Origin: Alloascoidea hylecoeti
Taxonomy: Eukaryota
Assembly (NCBI GenBank): GCA_001600815.1
Contig: BCKZ01000006.1
Location: forward strand, 544,450-608,449
Direction of reading: 5' to 3'
DNA length: 64,000 nt
Shown: positions 21,003 to 32,593 of the stretch, in pieces
Layout: each line of letters opens with the position of its first letter
Position numbering within the stretch: the first letter of the stretch is position 1
Program-made: the position numbers and the translations under genes
Notes under the pieces: model-generated
Databases searched by the model: none
What the model was told of the DNA's origin: nothing
What the model saw: the letters and a program-made list of their open reading frames with translations, nothing else

Positions 21003-23576
21003 ATGACTTACTCGGTTTCTGAGGATGAAGCTTATGCTTCCCCGGCTCCATTCGTCCCAATTTCTCCCAATGACGCAAAAGATATCAAGCCTGCTCTGTC
21101 AGGACGTATCATTAACGTCACCACCACCCTTCCATCTGTCATCTTCCATAATGAGGAATCAAATGCTTGGGACGTGAGACATACAAGGGGAAATTCTGCT
21201 CTTTACTCTTCCTACTACTACCTCGATCAACAAACTTCCTGGGATACCTTATTGGTCGGCTGGACCGGCGAACTGCTGCAAAATGAATCTGGTAATGCTA
21301 CCAATTCGGATAATGATGGCCTTTATCTATCTGATGACGAAAAATCTCAATTGGAATCAAAAATTAGATCGGCAAATAAATCCGAGAAAATTTATCCTGT
21401 TTGGTTATTACAAAAAGATCAACAACGATGGAGAAAGTATGCTGAGAATATAATTTGGCCTGCCTTACATTATATTCAATCTGAACCTTCTGATGGTAAA
21501 CAAGAAGCTCAATGGTGGCATGATTATGTTCGTTTTAATGAAGCTTATGCAACAAAAATTATTTCTTTATATAAAAAAGGTGATATTATTTGGATACATG
21601 ATTATTGCTTATTACTTCTTCCTCAAATCTTAAGAATGAAAATACCAAATGCAAATATTGGTTTATTTATGCATGCTCCTTTTCCAAGTAGTGAATACTT
21701 TAGATGTTTATCAAAACGTAAAGAATTGCTTGAAGGTATGTTAGGTGCTAATTTAGTTGCTTTCCAATCTTATTCTTTTGCAAGACATTTCATTTCTAGT
21801 TGTGCAAGGTTATTAGGTTGCGAAGTTTCTCCAAATCATGTTTCAGCCTTTGGTGTTCATGTTGCAATTGATTCACTACCAATTGGTATAGATACAACAA
21901 AAGTTGAAAATGATTGTTTTAATAATCCTGAAATTGATATAAAAGTCAATGCAATTAGACAATTATACGGTGAAGATAAAAAAATTATTGTTGGTAGAGA
22001 TAGATTAGATACTGTTAGAGGGGTTGTTCAAAAATTACAAGCTTTTGAAATGTTTTTATCAAATTATCCTGAGTGGAGAAATAAAGTTGTTTTGATTCAA
22101 GTTAGTTCCCCTGCTTATTTACATGCTGCAAAAGTTGAAAAAAAAGTTTCTGAATTGGTTGCTCATATAAATGGTACTTTTGGTGAATTACATTTTGCTC
22201 CTGTTCAACATTACCCAATGAGAATTGCAAAAGAAGAATATTTAGCTTTGTTAAGAGTCGCTGATTTAGGTTTAATTACTTCAGTTAGAGATGGTATGAA
22301 TACAACTTCTTTGGAATTTGTTTGTTGTCAAAAGGAAAACTATTCTCCTTTAATTTTATCTGAGTTTACAGGAACTGCTGGAACATTAATTGATTCAATT
22401 CAAGTTAATCCTTGGGATTCAATTGCTGTTGCAAATGCAATTAATGAATGTTTAAAAATGTCTGAAGAAAAGAAAAAATCAATTGAACTAAAATTATATA
22501 AACATGTTACTGAAAATACAGTTCAAAGATGGTCATCGACATTTTTAGAAAGATTAATTAAAAATCTAAAATCAAATTTAGATACTCATGTTACTCCTGC
22601 TTTAAATAGACCAAAATTATTTGAAGATTATTCGAATGCAACAAAGAAAAGATTATTTTTATTTGATTATGATGGAACATTAACTCCAATTGTTAAAGAA
22701 CCATCTGCTGCAATACCATCAATTTTATTGACAAATACTTTAGAAAAATTAAGTCAAGATCCAAAGAATGAAATTTGGATTATTTCTGGTCGTGATCAAG
22801 AATTTTTAGAAAAATGGGTTGGATCTAAAAATAAAAAATTGGGTCTATCAGCAGAACATGGATGTTTTATAAAAGAAATTAATTCCCCAAATTGGATTAA
22901 TCTTATAGAAAATTCTGATATGTCATGGCAAAAAGATGTTTTGGAAGTTTTTAATTATTATACTGAAAGAACTCAAGGTTCTTTTGTTGAAGTTAAGAAA
23001 GCTGCTTTAACTTGGCATTATAGAAGATCTGATCCTGATTTTGGTTCTTATCAAGCAAGAGAATGTAAAAATCATTTAGAATTATCTGTAGGTAAAAAAT
23101 ACGATATTGAAGTAATGTCTGGTAAAGCAAATTTAGAGGTTCGTCCAAAATTTGTAAACAAGGGTGAAATTGTTAAAAGATTAGTTCAAAATATAATTAA
23201 AGAATCTGGTAAAAATCCCGATTTTATTTTATGTCTTGGTGATGATCAAACAGATGAAGATATGTTTAGAGCTTTAAATGATTTAGAACTTAATTCAAAA
23301 GAAACATGTAATTTTTATCCAGTTACTGTTGGTCCTGCTGCTAAAAAAACAATTGCAAAATCCCATTTATTAGATCCTCATCAAGTTTTGGAAACTTTAG
23401 GTTTATTAAATGGTGATATTAATTTATTTGAAAGTGCTGGAACGGTTGATATTGATGATAGAGGTCATTTAAAAAGAGCAATTACAAATGCAAATGAAGA
23501 CGGCCAAGTTTTAAAACCAAATAAAACTAATGGTAATAGTGAAAATGGCAAGGCCAAGTTTTTAAACTTGTTGTAA
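21003..23576 (+). CDS. TPS2: Trehalose-6-phosphate phosphatase
   Basis: GT20 domain (IWIHDY, GLFMHAPFPSSEYFRCL, RDGMNTTSLE) followed by a HAD phosphatase (LFLFDYDGTLTPIV, GDDQTDEDMF). First ATG at 21003. Confidence 0.97.
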   Translation: MTYSVSEDEAYASPAPFVPISPNDAKDIKPALSGRIINVTTTLPSVIFHNEESNAWDVRHTRGNSALYSSYYYLDQQTSWDTLLVGWTGELLQNESGNATNSDNDGLYLSDDEKSQLESKIRSANKSEKIYPVWLLQKDQQRWRKYAENIIWPALHYIQSEPSDGKQEAQWWHDYVRFNEAYATKIISLYKKGDIIWIHDYCLLLLPQILRMKIPNANIGLFMHAPFPSSEYFRCLSKRKELLEGMLGANLVAFQSYSFARHFISSCARLLGCEVSPNHVSAFGVHVAIDSLPIGIDTTKVENDCFNNPEIDIKVNAIRQLYGEDKKIIVGRDRLDTVRGVVQKLQAFEMFLSNYPEWRNKVVLIQVSSPAYLHAAKVEKKVSELVAHINGTFGELHFAPVQHYPMRIAKEEYLALLRVADLGLITSVRDGMNTTSLEFVCCQKENYSPLILSEFTGTAGTLIDSIQVNPWDSIAVANAINECLKMSEEKKKSIELKLYKHVTENTVQRWSSTFLERLIKNLKSNLDTHVTPALNRPKLFEDYSNATKKRLFLFDYDGTLTPIVKEPSAAIPSILLTNTLEKLSQDPKNEIWIISGRDQEFLEKWVGSKNKKLGLSAEHGCFIKEINSPNWINLIENSDMSWQKDVLEVFNYYTERTQGSFVEVKKAALTWHYRRSDPDFGSYQARECKNHLELSVGKKYDIEVMSGKANLEVRPKFVNKGEIVKRLVQNIIKESGKNPDFILCLGDDQTDEDMFRALNDLELNSKETCNFYPVTVGPAAKKTIAKSHLLDPHQVLETLGLLNGDINLFESAGTVDIDDRGHLKRAITNANEDGQVLKPNKTNGNSENGKAKFLNLL

Positions 23577-24247
23577 ATATAAAATTTTATATTTTTGTGA
23601 CATAATTACTTATCAAATTATGGGAAGGGTCAGGACACATAGAAGTTTTAAGTTTAAACAATTTTTATTCGAATTTTTATAATCAAATTATCTAGTAGTT
23701 TCTTGTAAGATCTCATAGGTGGTTATATCATGATCAAATTGAGAATACATGTATGAAATAGTTCTGCGCGACTAATCCTCCCTTAAAAAGTGTCAAAAAT
23801 ATAACCTTAAAAGATCTAACTGCGTACACTTAATTTCAGCCATACATACTACTAATTATCGGTCCTATCCATAACGAATACTTTGGCACCCGGGGTTATT
23901 CCAAAATCCCTTCACCCTGATTACCTCAAAGGGTAACGGGCCATCGGTTATACAGCAGCCGAAAAAAAGTCATGGAAATGGCTGATAATTAGTAATCAAT
24001 ATGGCTCAAATTAAATGGAATACTTATATTATTGATAAAATTACGGAGCCAAATAAAGATTAGTTCAGTTGTCCTCACTCCCCTTCTCTCCGAATTGAAT
24101 CTAGTCACCAAAGAAGACTTTCATCCTGTTGATATAATTTCAATGTTTGGTGTGGAATTACCCGGGCTTTAATAGAACTTTTGATAGTGTATGTCTCTAC
24201 ATTTCTAACTCTAACAACTTGATTTAACTTTCATTAACTAATTTAAA

Positions 24248-25195
24248 ATGCATTCCCATCATACACATAGTGGGGATTATATAGCTCATGGTGCTGATAC
24301 ACTGGAAGAGGTTGTATCACAAGCGGAACGTTTAGGGTTTCATACTTGGTGTCTAACAGAACATATGCCACGGCTAGACTCAATTTATATATATCCAGAA
24401 GAACATGAACGGGAAACAACTATTAAAGAACTTCAAAATTCATTTGATAGATATTATGAACATGCAAGGAAAATACAGGCATCATATAAAGATAGTACAA
24501 TGAATATTTTGGTGGGTGCTGAGTCTGAAGGGATTGATCTGGCTCATATGAATAAAATTGTTCAACTCAAAGCTGAGAAGCCACTAGATTTTATCGTTGG
24601 TTCTATTCATCATGTTAAAGAAATTGATATTGATTATTCTAGAGAAATTTTTGAAACACTCATTAAAAAATGTGGAGGATCCCTAAGAAATGTCTACAAT
24701 TCCTATTTTGACGAACAATATGAAATGTTACGGATCGTCAAGCCTGAAGTTGTTGGTCACTTTGATTTAATCAGATTATTTGTTAATGATACAGATATTG
24801 ATGAAGATTCCGGTAAAAAAGTGATTGATTTAGATATTTCAAAATATTGGCCAGAGGTGTATCAAAAAATTATACGAAATATAAAATTGATCAAAGAATT
24901 GGGAAGTTTAGTGGAAATAAATTCGGCGGGTTTAAGGAAAGGTTTATCAACACCATACCCCGCTCCAGATATATGTCAAATGTTTATTGACAATGGAGTT
25001 GAGCAGTTTGCATTTTCAGATGATTCACATTCTATTAAACAGGTTGCCACAAATTATAAAGGAGCTTTACATTATGTTGATGAGATGCTTCATTTAAAAA
25101 ATATGTATTATTTGAGCTTGGAAAATAAAAAGGTTGTAAAGAAATGCATTGAAATGGAAAAAGTTAGAAATGATCCCTTTTGGAAGAATTTATAG
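24248..25195 (+). CDS. HIS2: Histidinol-phosphatase (PHP family)
   Basis: MHSHHTHSGDYIAHG, LTEHMPR, VGHFDLIRL, EINSAGLRKG, SDDSH. Confidence 0.96.
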   Translation: MHSHHTHSGDYIAHGADTLEEVVSQAERLGFHTWCLTEHMPRLDSIYIYPEEHERETTIKELQNSFDRYYEHARKIQASYKDSTMNILVGAESEGIDLAHMNKIVQLKAEKPLDFIVGSIHHVKEIDIDYSREIFETLIKKCGGSLRNVYNSYFDEQYEMLRIVKPEVVGHFDLIRLFVNDTDIDEDSGKKVIDLDISKYWPEVYQKIIRNIKLIKELGSLVEINSAGLRKGLSTPYPAPDICQMFIDNGVEQFAFSDDSHSIKQVATNYKGALHYVDEMLHLKNMYYLSLENKKVVKKCIEMEKVRNDPFWKNL

Positions 25196-25556
25196 ATTTA
25201 AAATTAATGCTTATTATATCATCGGTAACGTTCATGGATCAAATAGATTAGAGGCTAGTATTAATATTATATTTGGATGCAGATGGTTTTAGACTAATAT
25301 TTAATTTCTAAAAAACTAATCCTTCAGTGCTGTTTTCCGGTAAAATGCTCATAATAAATCTTTCATAAAATTTTCAAGATAAACCCCGGCCGCAACAACG
25401 TTATAGTAGCTAATTTTTTACATAGTAAAAAGTGCTCGTATTTGTGTACGGTTAGATTTAGTTAGAATCTTGCATAATGCTGCATACATATTAAAAAGGA
25501 TCTGCCCAGTAAAAAGTGAATTTATATGCAACAAAATCTGAAAACAGAAATATAAA

Positions 25557-25564
25557 TTTGCTCG
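25557..25564 (+). promoter_or_regulatory. Mac1-type copper-response element (CuRE) candidate
   Basis: TTTGCTCG matches TTTGC(T/G)C(A/G), about 120 bp upstream of the BIM1-like ATG. Further TGCTC(A/G) cores at 25346-25351 and 25433-25438. Confidence 0.5.
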
Positions 25565-25680
25565 TTATTAAAGTTATATTATACGCTAAACAGAATAGAT
25601 CTAGAAATAAATATATAAATACTTGCCGTTTTCCATCTTTTGAAATTATCAGACTAATCGTGTTCAATTATCATATAAAA

Positions 25681-26388
25681 ATGGTTTCACTAAAAACAGT
25701 TACTCTCGTTTCTTTAGCTACTTTAACTCAATCAGTTATGGGTCATTTTTCCATCTTGGTCCCTGGCTCAAGAGGTTCAAACCATGACACCCAAACCGAG
25801 GGTCCATGTGGTGGTAAAACTGAGGTTGTTTTACCAAGAATTGATTTCAATCCAAAGGGAACTCCAATTGGCCTTAAGAATGGTCATACTCAAGTCTATG
25901 GTGAAATTAATCTTTGTCTTTCAGATAATTGCACAACCCAAGATAACTTTAATATCACTATATGGAATGAATGGGAACAATTAGGTGCTGGAAACTACTG
26001 TATACCTGATGTTACCCTTCCAAGTGGACTCGCTGAAGGAACCAATGGTACAATTCAAGTTGTTTATTTAGCTGATGATGGTTATCTTTATAATTGTGTT
26101 GATGTCACCCTTTCAAATGAAGGAATTACCGAGTCTTCATTATGCACCAATAGTACTGGTGTAACTGCTAAATTTGATACCTCCGAATCTTTTTCTGCTG
26201 AATCTTCAGCTTCTGCCTCGGCTTCTGGTTCCGCTTCCGCAAGCAGCAATTCACAAGCTTCTAGTTCTGCCGCTTCCAACTCTTCATCATCATCATCAAA
26301 ATCTTCAGGTATTGCTGGAGCCGTTAATGCTAATACTGGATCTGTTTTACTTGCTGGTGTCTTGGGTGCTCTCAGTTTATTTTTGTAA
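25681..26388 (+). CDS. GPI-anchored BIM1/X325-like copper-binding protein (LPMO-like histidine brace)
   Basis: True start is the ATG at 25681 (235 aa). Signal peptide ends VMG|HF, making His the first mature residue. Then P..RG, GPCGG, a second His (NGHT), G.G.YC.P, NGTIQV, DG.LYNC.D, a Ser-rich stalk and a hydrophobic GPI signal. Confidence 0.8.
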   Translation: MVSLKTVTLVSLATLTQSVMGHFSILVPGSRGSNHDTQTEGPCGGKTEVVLPRIDFNPKGTPIGLKNGHTQVYGEINLCLSDNCTTQDNFNITIWNEWEQLGAGNYCIPDVTLPSGLAEGTNGTIQVVYLADDGYLYNCVDVTLSNEGITESSLCTNSTGVTAKFDTSESFSAESSASASASGSASASSNSQASSSAASNSSSSSSKSSGIAGAVNANTGSVLLAGVLGALSLFL

Positions 26389-26712
26389 GATCATATAACT
26401 TATATGCCACTAATTATGAAATCTTGTAATAACAATTGTTTATTGAAAAAAAAAAAGTTGTTGGTTTAAGTGATTATTATATAAGCTTATACAATTGTCG
26501 TTTACATATCTAATATTATCTATAATTGTATTTTAAATGATAACAATGTATAGCTTTGATCTTGGGATTTGATGTTGTCTTTATACTTAGTGATTAATAT
26601 ACTCATTTAAAATTTCTATTACATCGTAAAAATTCTGGCTATATAACTGAAAAATTTCTGGCCACAATTTAAAAAGTTATTAAATTTCAAGTTTAAATTC
26701 TAATATCTAAAC

Positions 26713-29700
26713 TTAATATTTTACCCAATTACTTCCACAAAAGCAATACCTTTGAAAAGCCAAAGTCCAAAGACCAACTTGAAGATGTATTCCAATCATT
26801 TCTTTTATAATATCATCATCATTAACCGCAGAAATTGAGCCACATCGAACACATTTTCTTAAACGGGATCCGTTAATATCAGTATATGGTCTATTATGTC
26901 CACTACTTGCGGTAAATGAGGGGGGTAATATACATTTCCTTAATGCATCAATTTGTAAATTTTTAACATCAGAAAATAATGATCCATCATTATAACTTTC
27001 AATATTAAGGAATGGTGAAGATGGTGGTGTTGATTCGTTGTTAACATCTAATGGTTCGATATGTAAATCATCAATGTTTAAATTTAAATCATTATCTTCA
27101 TCATCATATGAATTAATTCCTAACCATCCAACATTATAAAAATATAAGTTTTCATGATCAATAGTAGGTACAATAGTCTTTTCGTATTCTTGACACATAA
27201 ATACTAATTGATCCCTTAAAATTTCCGGTACTTCCCCACGACATAATAATCTTTGTTCGATCATTATCGCATTTAATCTTATATTATTGCCACTTAAATC
27301 AGGTGGGTTTTGACGAGAATTAATATCAATTGCATTAACAAAAAGTTGAAATTTTGATAAATTAATTGGACTATTATCAAGTATAGAACGAATTTTCTTA
27401 TATGATTTACTTGAAACATCAGCACTAAAATATTCTCTCGCAACTGCTAATGATCTAGCATCATTACTTGTTGGGTATGGCCTATTTTCCGAAGTTTTTC
27501 TTAAAGTTAATTCCATTTTCATAATTACATCCATTGTAAATAATAATAATGATCTTGGTGCTTTACCTAAAATCATTGAAGTTGCAAGACATCCTTCTAA
27601 ATTTCCATTTTCATCTTCATAATCTTTATAATAATCAATTAATTCTTGATTTAAAAAAGCAATAAAATCAACTGACCATTTAACCAAACCTAAAACTGCA
27701 ATCGTATTTGACCATCTTCTTTCAATATCATTTTCAGTTTCAGGTATTGTTTTATCATTCATTTTATTTAAATAATGATATAAAGATTTTAAAGTAATCA
27801 TTATACCTAAAGCAGAAACCCTTAAATTTAATAATGACCAAGCAATTCTACCACTTAAATCACGTTTAAAATTCTTTCTTGATCCTAAAATTAATTGAAA
27901 ACTAAATAATCTTTGTAATGGAGGATTTGCTAAATATTTATCAATTTGATCTCTTGAACTATCCAATGAAAAACTTATTGATCTATGAGATTCTTGTAAT
28001 AAAATATCTCTAAAAAAACTAATATTACCACCATATGTTTTTAATCTTTTATATTCTTTTTTAACAGCCAACAATAAATCATCAGTACATGAACTTGCAA
28101 AACAAGCAACTGCATGCCTAAATGATATAGCTGATGCAATTGGAATGAATTCATTATTTTTCTTTAACTTATTTGGTGATCTTGAAACACTGTATAATTC
28201 AATTGTTTTGCCATCAACTGGAATTGTAACATATGATGTTAAATTTGGTGATATACATGTTGCCAATGATGGAGATTTAGATTTTGGCATTATGAATCCG
28301 ACATCAAATAATGATGAGATTGTAACTGGTACATTTTGTCGCTTTTGTGTTGCTATATCTTCTGTTGGATTATTAAAAGTATTGACTTCTGGGATCTCTG
28401 ATTCACCCTTCAGTTCATGATTATCTCCAGACTTAATATTATTATTCTCAGTATCATTATCATTATCACCCATCATGGTATCATTGTTGTTAATATTCTC
28501 ATTCTGATTATCAATTTCAACTTCATTTTCGTTATTATTATCATTATCATTAGCATCATGATAAGATGATAATTTTTGAAGATTTCCTCTATTTCTAAAT
28601 TCAATTGTTCCATCAGATAAAACAAAACTTAAGAAAATATCAGAACCTTGTGAACTAACTTTTAAAATTGGTTTTTTAAAATACATTAAATCTTTTAAAC
28701 TTAATGTTTTATAATTTTCTTCTAATAATGAAGATCCTGATGATGAAGATGTTTGATTTAATCTTCTATAATTATTAAAACTATTGTGTAATGTTACTTG
28801 TTGTTCATTGATTTGATACCTTAATAATATACTATTGTTTCCATTTGATAATACAACTAAGATATCTAATTCTGAGTCTGGATTATAATTTGGTGAAATT
28901 AGTTCTACTTGTGATACCCAATATTTTTGATATAGCTTATCTAAAGCTAATGATGGTGATAATGGTGTATTTATTGGTGATATAATACCATTATTATTAG
29001 TAGTATTATCAGTAGAATTCATTAAAATATCAATATCTTCCATTTTAGTATCATCAGGATTTAAATTGTTATTATTAATGGATGTAGAACTATTTAAATC
29101 TAATGGTGATACATTTAAAATATTAGAATCTTTAAATTTAATGGTACTAATTCTTTCTCTTAATAATCTTTTTGCAACAATCTTAGGATCAATATGACCA
29201 TTATTATTACCATGACTTGATCTTGTTGGGAATGGCCCTTGAACTTGTTGTGTTTGTGTATAATTCCAATTAATAACAATTTGATAAATTTTTAAAATTG
29301 AAACACTACCATAATATGCAGCAACTATAATGCTATGATCTGAAGTAAAACCGAAGGATGCTTGAGTTATCCATCCATCAGACATTGAATTTGAATTATC
29401 TTCTAAAATTGTAGTTGTCTTTGAATAAGTGAAACCACCTTCAACTTGATACCAAAGGCAAACTTCACCATTTCTTCTAACCATTATTAAAGCCTGTCTA
29501 CTAGAAATAGGATGCATTGCACCATTTGGTCTAAATTGATGAACAACATAAGAATAGCTATAACCAGGATTTTCTAACAATTTAATATTATCATCTTTAG
29601 AATCAAGAACTGAATTTAAATCAATTGAAGTTTCAACTTTAATAGCAGGAGAATGAACAAAAACTGGTTTATCAACATTTAACCATTTAAAACCAGCAAC

Positions 29701-30527
29701 ACTTGTTAAACAATCATCTAAGATTGAATTAAAAAGATTTTCATTTTTAGATACATCTTTAAAACTTTCAGTCATTAAATTTATTGATGGATCATCAATT
29801 TGTTTTGAAATTATATCTTGATATGATACAACGAAATCTAAATGTGCTGATAATTGATAAGTATTACCATTTATTGGTACTTTTCCAAAATAAGCCGCAG
29901 TAGGTTGTGATCCATTATTATTAGCAGCATCACCATTATTATTATTAGTATTATTATCAGTAAATTTTGTTAATCCATCTAATAAAATTGTCAAGTTCCC
30001 TTCTGAATCAAAGCAAGCAATATCAGTACTTAATGGGCCCCATTCAATATTTGTTAACACCATTCTCTTATCTGATCCTGGTATTTTTAATGATAGTTCT
30101 AAAGGAGTAGTTAATTCGAATTTATCATCTTTTGTATATTCAAGATGAGTTATTGATAAATTTGTATCTTTTCTAGTATATAATGGAGCTTTTGTTGATG
30201 GACCATAATAATCATATTCCACTTTATCGTCTGCATTTTTATTTTCTTTCTCATTGCTATCAAAGGACTGAAGTGGGTTATTTTGCTTCTTTATCAATTG
30301 ATGAGGATCCTCAACAATTGATGCTATAAAACCAGAACGAGACCATGATATTTTACTATTATCAAAGGTTAGACTAGACTTAGCTAGAGAAAAAATAAAT
30401 TATACTTAAAGTGTAAGAAAACATACTTTGAAGAACCCGTCCTTATATTATGCGATAAAATATGTTCGGCCGCCTCCTTACGATATTTCTCACTATCTTT
30501 GTCGTTTTTCATTAAAGGGGCTGCCAT
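26713..30527 (-). CDS. SIN4: Mediator subunit Med16 (2 exons: 30527-30427, 30355-26713)
   Basis: Intron 30426-30356 (GTATGT...CTAAC...TAG). Splicing gives MAAPLM...GSSNKISWSRSGFIAS in frame with the 1194-aa ORF. C-terminal LRKCVRCG...FQRYCFCGSNW zinc motif. Confidence 0.9.
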
Positions 30528-30888
30528 TAATATGAAATCTGTGGAGATGTATTAATTAAGATTTCTTAGGAAGCTCATTGTGCTGAGAATTGCCCGGGAG
30601 GATAATTACTCACACTCATAAGACCAATGAATATACCTTTATTTCCATTTTAGGACAAATATTGTTACTCCTAATAAATCTTGAGCTTCGTTCTCAAGCC
30701 CTAATCTTCACTGTCACTGTTGTGTGTTATTTATGTTTGGGTGTGTTAGTTAGCATCACTTTGGGGGTAAACGCCCATACATAATTGTATCTTTAAGATG
30801 AAATCGATATAAATTTAAGATCTATTATTATTAAAAAACTATACCAATAAGATAATTAAAAACAAAAGATTGTATTATCAATATCTAT

Positions 30889-32271
30889 TTAAAACTCAGT
30901 GTCATTTTTAAAAACAGCCAATGCTCCACAAGGATCCCATGGAGGTAAAACAATTGGTTTAGTGTCTAAATATTTCTCTAAATCAAATTTCTCAATTTCT
31001 TCACGATCAGCAACAATTTGATAAACATATTCATCGAAATAATCTTGTGTTAAAACATAATAACCATTTAATCCACTATCTTTACCCCAAGAATTTTCAA
31101 CTTTCCATCTAGTTGGATTACCTTCATCATCTAAGTTAACGCCAACGAAAACCATTGCATGTGTCATTAATGATTGATGATAAGTTAAACGATCTGATTT
31201 GTTTTGTTTTGGATCATAACCAATTAATTTATATTGCCATAGATTTGTATCCATAATACCTGATTTTTTATCAACATATATTGGAGTATGAGAACCAAAG
31301 AAAACAGGTTTATTATTTTTAATTCTATCAACTGCAATTTTTGCTAAAATTGAAGCATCGACATTTAAATATTTAACAATTTTTGAACCATATACATTAC
31401 CTAATCTTTCAATTTCAATTGTTTGATTATAAACATTTCTTGGATCATTTAATAAAGAAATTGCTTTATCACAATCATATTTAACAATATCTTTATAAAA
31501 TTTAAAAGGAGTTGTTTTTAATCTATGATATTTTTTATCAGAATCTTGATATTCCCATAAAAATTCATCATTTGGACCAGGTGGAGTACCCATGAATAAA
31601 ATTAATAATCTATGAATTTCTTTTTGTTGTTGTTCTTTTAAAGATTGAATTTCATCAAATTTTCCTTGTTGTAATTTTTCTCTTAAAATTTGAGCAAATT
31701 CTCTTAATTTTGTTGTAATCATAAATCTCATTCTATAACTTGAAGTTGTATTAAACGAATCGGGAAATACATTATATGGAACAATACCATATTTTTCAAT
31801 GATATTTGCAAACATATCAAATTGACCACCATCTCCAATTGGATCAGATAATAAGTGTTGAACTAATCTTGAATCAACATCTTCTTTATAAGTATCAATA
31901 ATCTGTTCCAAGAAAAAATTTGATTTTTCCAATTTATCAAAAAAGAACAAAAAGGATTGTGATAATTGAAATTCTTTTAATTTATATTTTTTGATAATAT
32001 CGATTCTTAAAACATTAGTTGCAGCAAATAACCAACACCTACCGGATGATTTTTGATTAGTTATTGGTAATCCTTCGGTTTCGATGGTGTTTGAAAATAA
32101 ATTTACGGAATCCTCAATGAAAACATCACGATCTATGAGGACATCGTGGGCATCGTGCCTACGTAGAGAGGAAGCAGCGAGATTAGCTGTTGGATCTGCT
32201 TTAAATTCCGCTTGCCATTGGAGCAGCTTGTCAACGGACAATTTATCAACTCCTTCTGTTATCTTTGACAT
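30889..32271 (-). CDS. LAP3: Bleomycin hydrolase / cysteine aminopeptidase (C1B)
   Basis: NQKSSGRCWLFA (catalytic Cys), SLMTHAM (His), WKVENSWG (Asn), PWDP.GAL. Confidence 0.97.
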   Translation of the reverse strand: MSKITEGVDKLSVDKLLQWQAEFKADPTANLAASSLRRHDAHDVLIDRDVFIEDSVNLFSNTIETEGLPITNQKSSGRCWLFAATNVLRIDIIKKYKLKEFQLSQSFLFFFDKLEKSNFFLEQIIDTYKEDVDSRLVQHLLSDPIGDGGQFDMFANIIEKYGIVPYNVFPDSFNTTSSYRMRFMITTKLREFAQILREKLQQGKFDEIQSLKEQQQKEIHRLLILFMGTPPGPNDEFLWEYQDSDKKYHRLKTTPFKFYKDIVKYDCDKAISLLNDPRNVYNQTIEIERLGNVYGSKIVKYLNVDASILAKIAVDRIKNNKPVFFGSHTPIYVDKKSGIMDTNLWQYKLIGYDPKQNKSDRLTYHQSLMTHAMVFVGVNLDDEGNPTRWKVENSWGKDSGLNGYYVLTQDYFDEYVYQIVADREEIEKFDLEKYLDTKPIVLPPWDPCGALAVFKNDTEF

Positions 32272-32470
32272 AATAATTATAACAGTATTGATAGAAGAGA
32301 AAAGGACACAAACACAAACTCCGAGGTCTTAAATATGAGTCCATTTCATAGCACGTCAAATCACACAACCAACACAACACAACACACACTTACACTTCTA
32401 TTATTATTTGAGGAGGGTAAGGGCTAGGGTGTCACCCACGTACACCCACACAACTAAAAATAACACTACG

Positions 32471-32520
32471 TGACTAAGACCACAAATATTACTAAGAATC
32501 CGGATTACTCGGCTTACTAA
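32471..32520. promoter_or_regulatory. Cluster of three Yap1-type elements in the LAP3/ZWF1 divergent promoter
   Basis: TGACTAA (32471-32477), TTACTAA (32489-32495), TTACTAA (32514-32520). Confidence 0.55.
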
Positions 32521-32593
32521 TCCAAGCCTTATAAAAACATCGGAATCTGTGGATTTCTCAACCTTTTTTCCTCAACAATCCTAATCAACAGAA

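Noticed and set aside
32362..32395. CA-rich tract as interstitial telomeric repeat
   Set aside because: Short, irregular and inside a promoter, with no consistent repeat unit.
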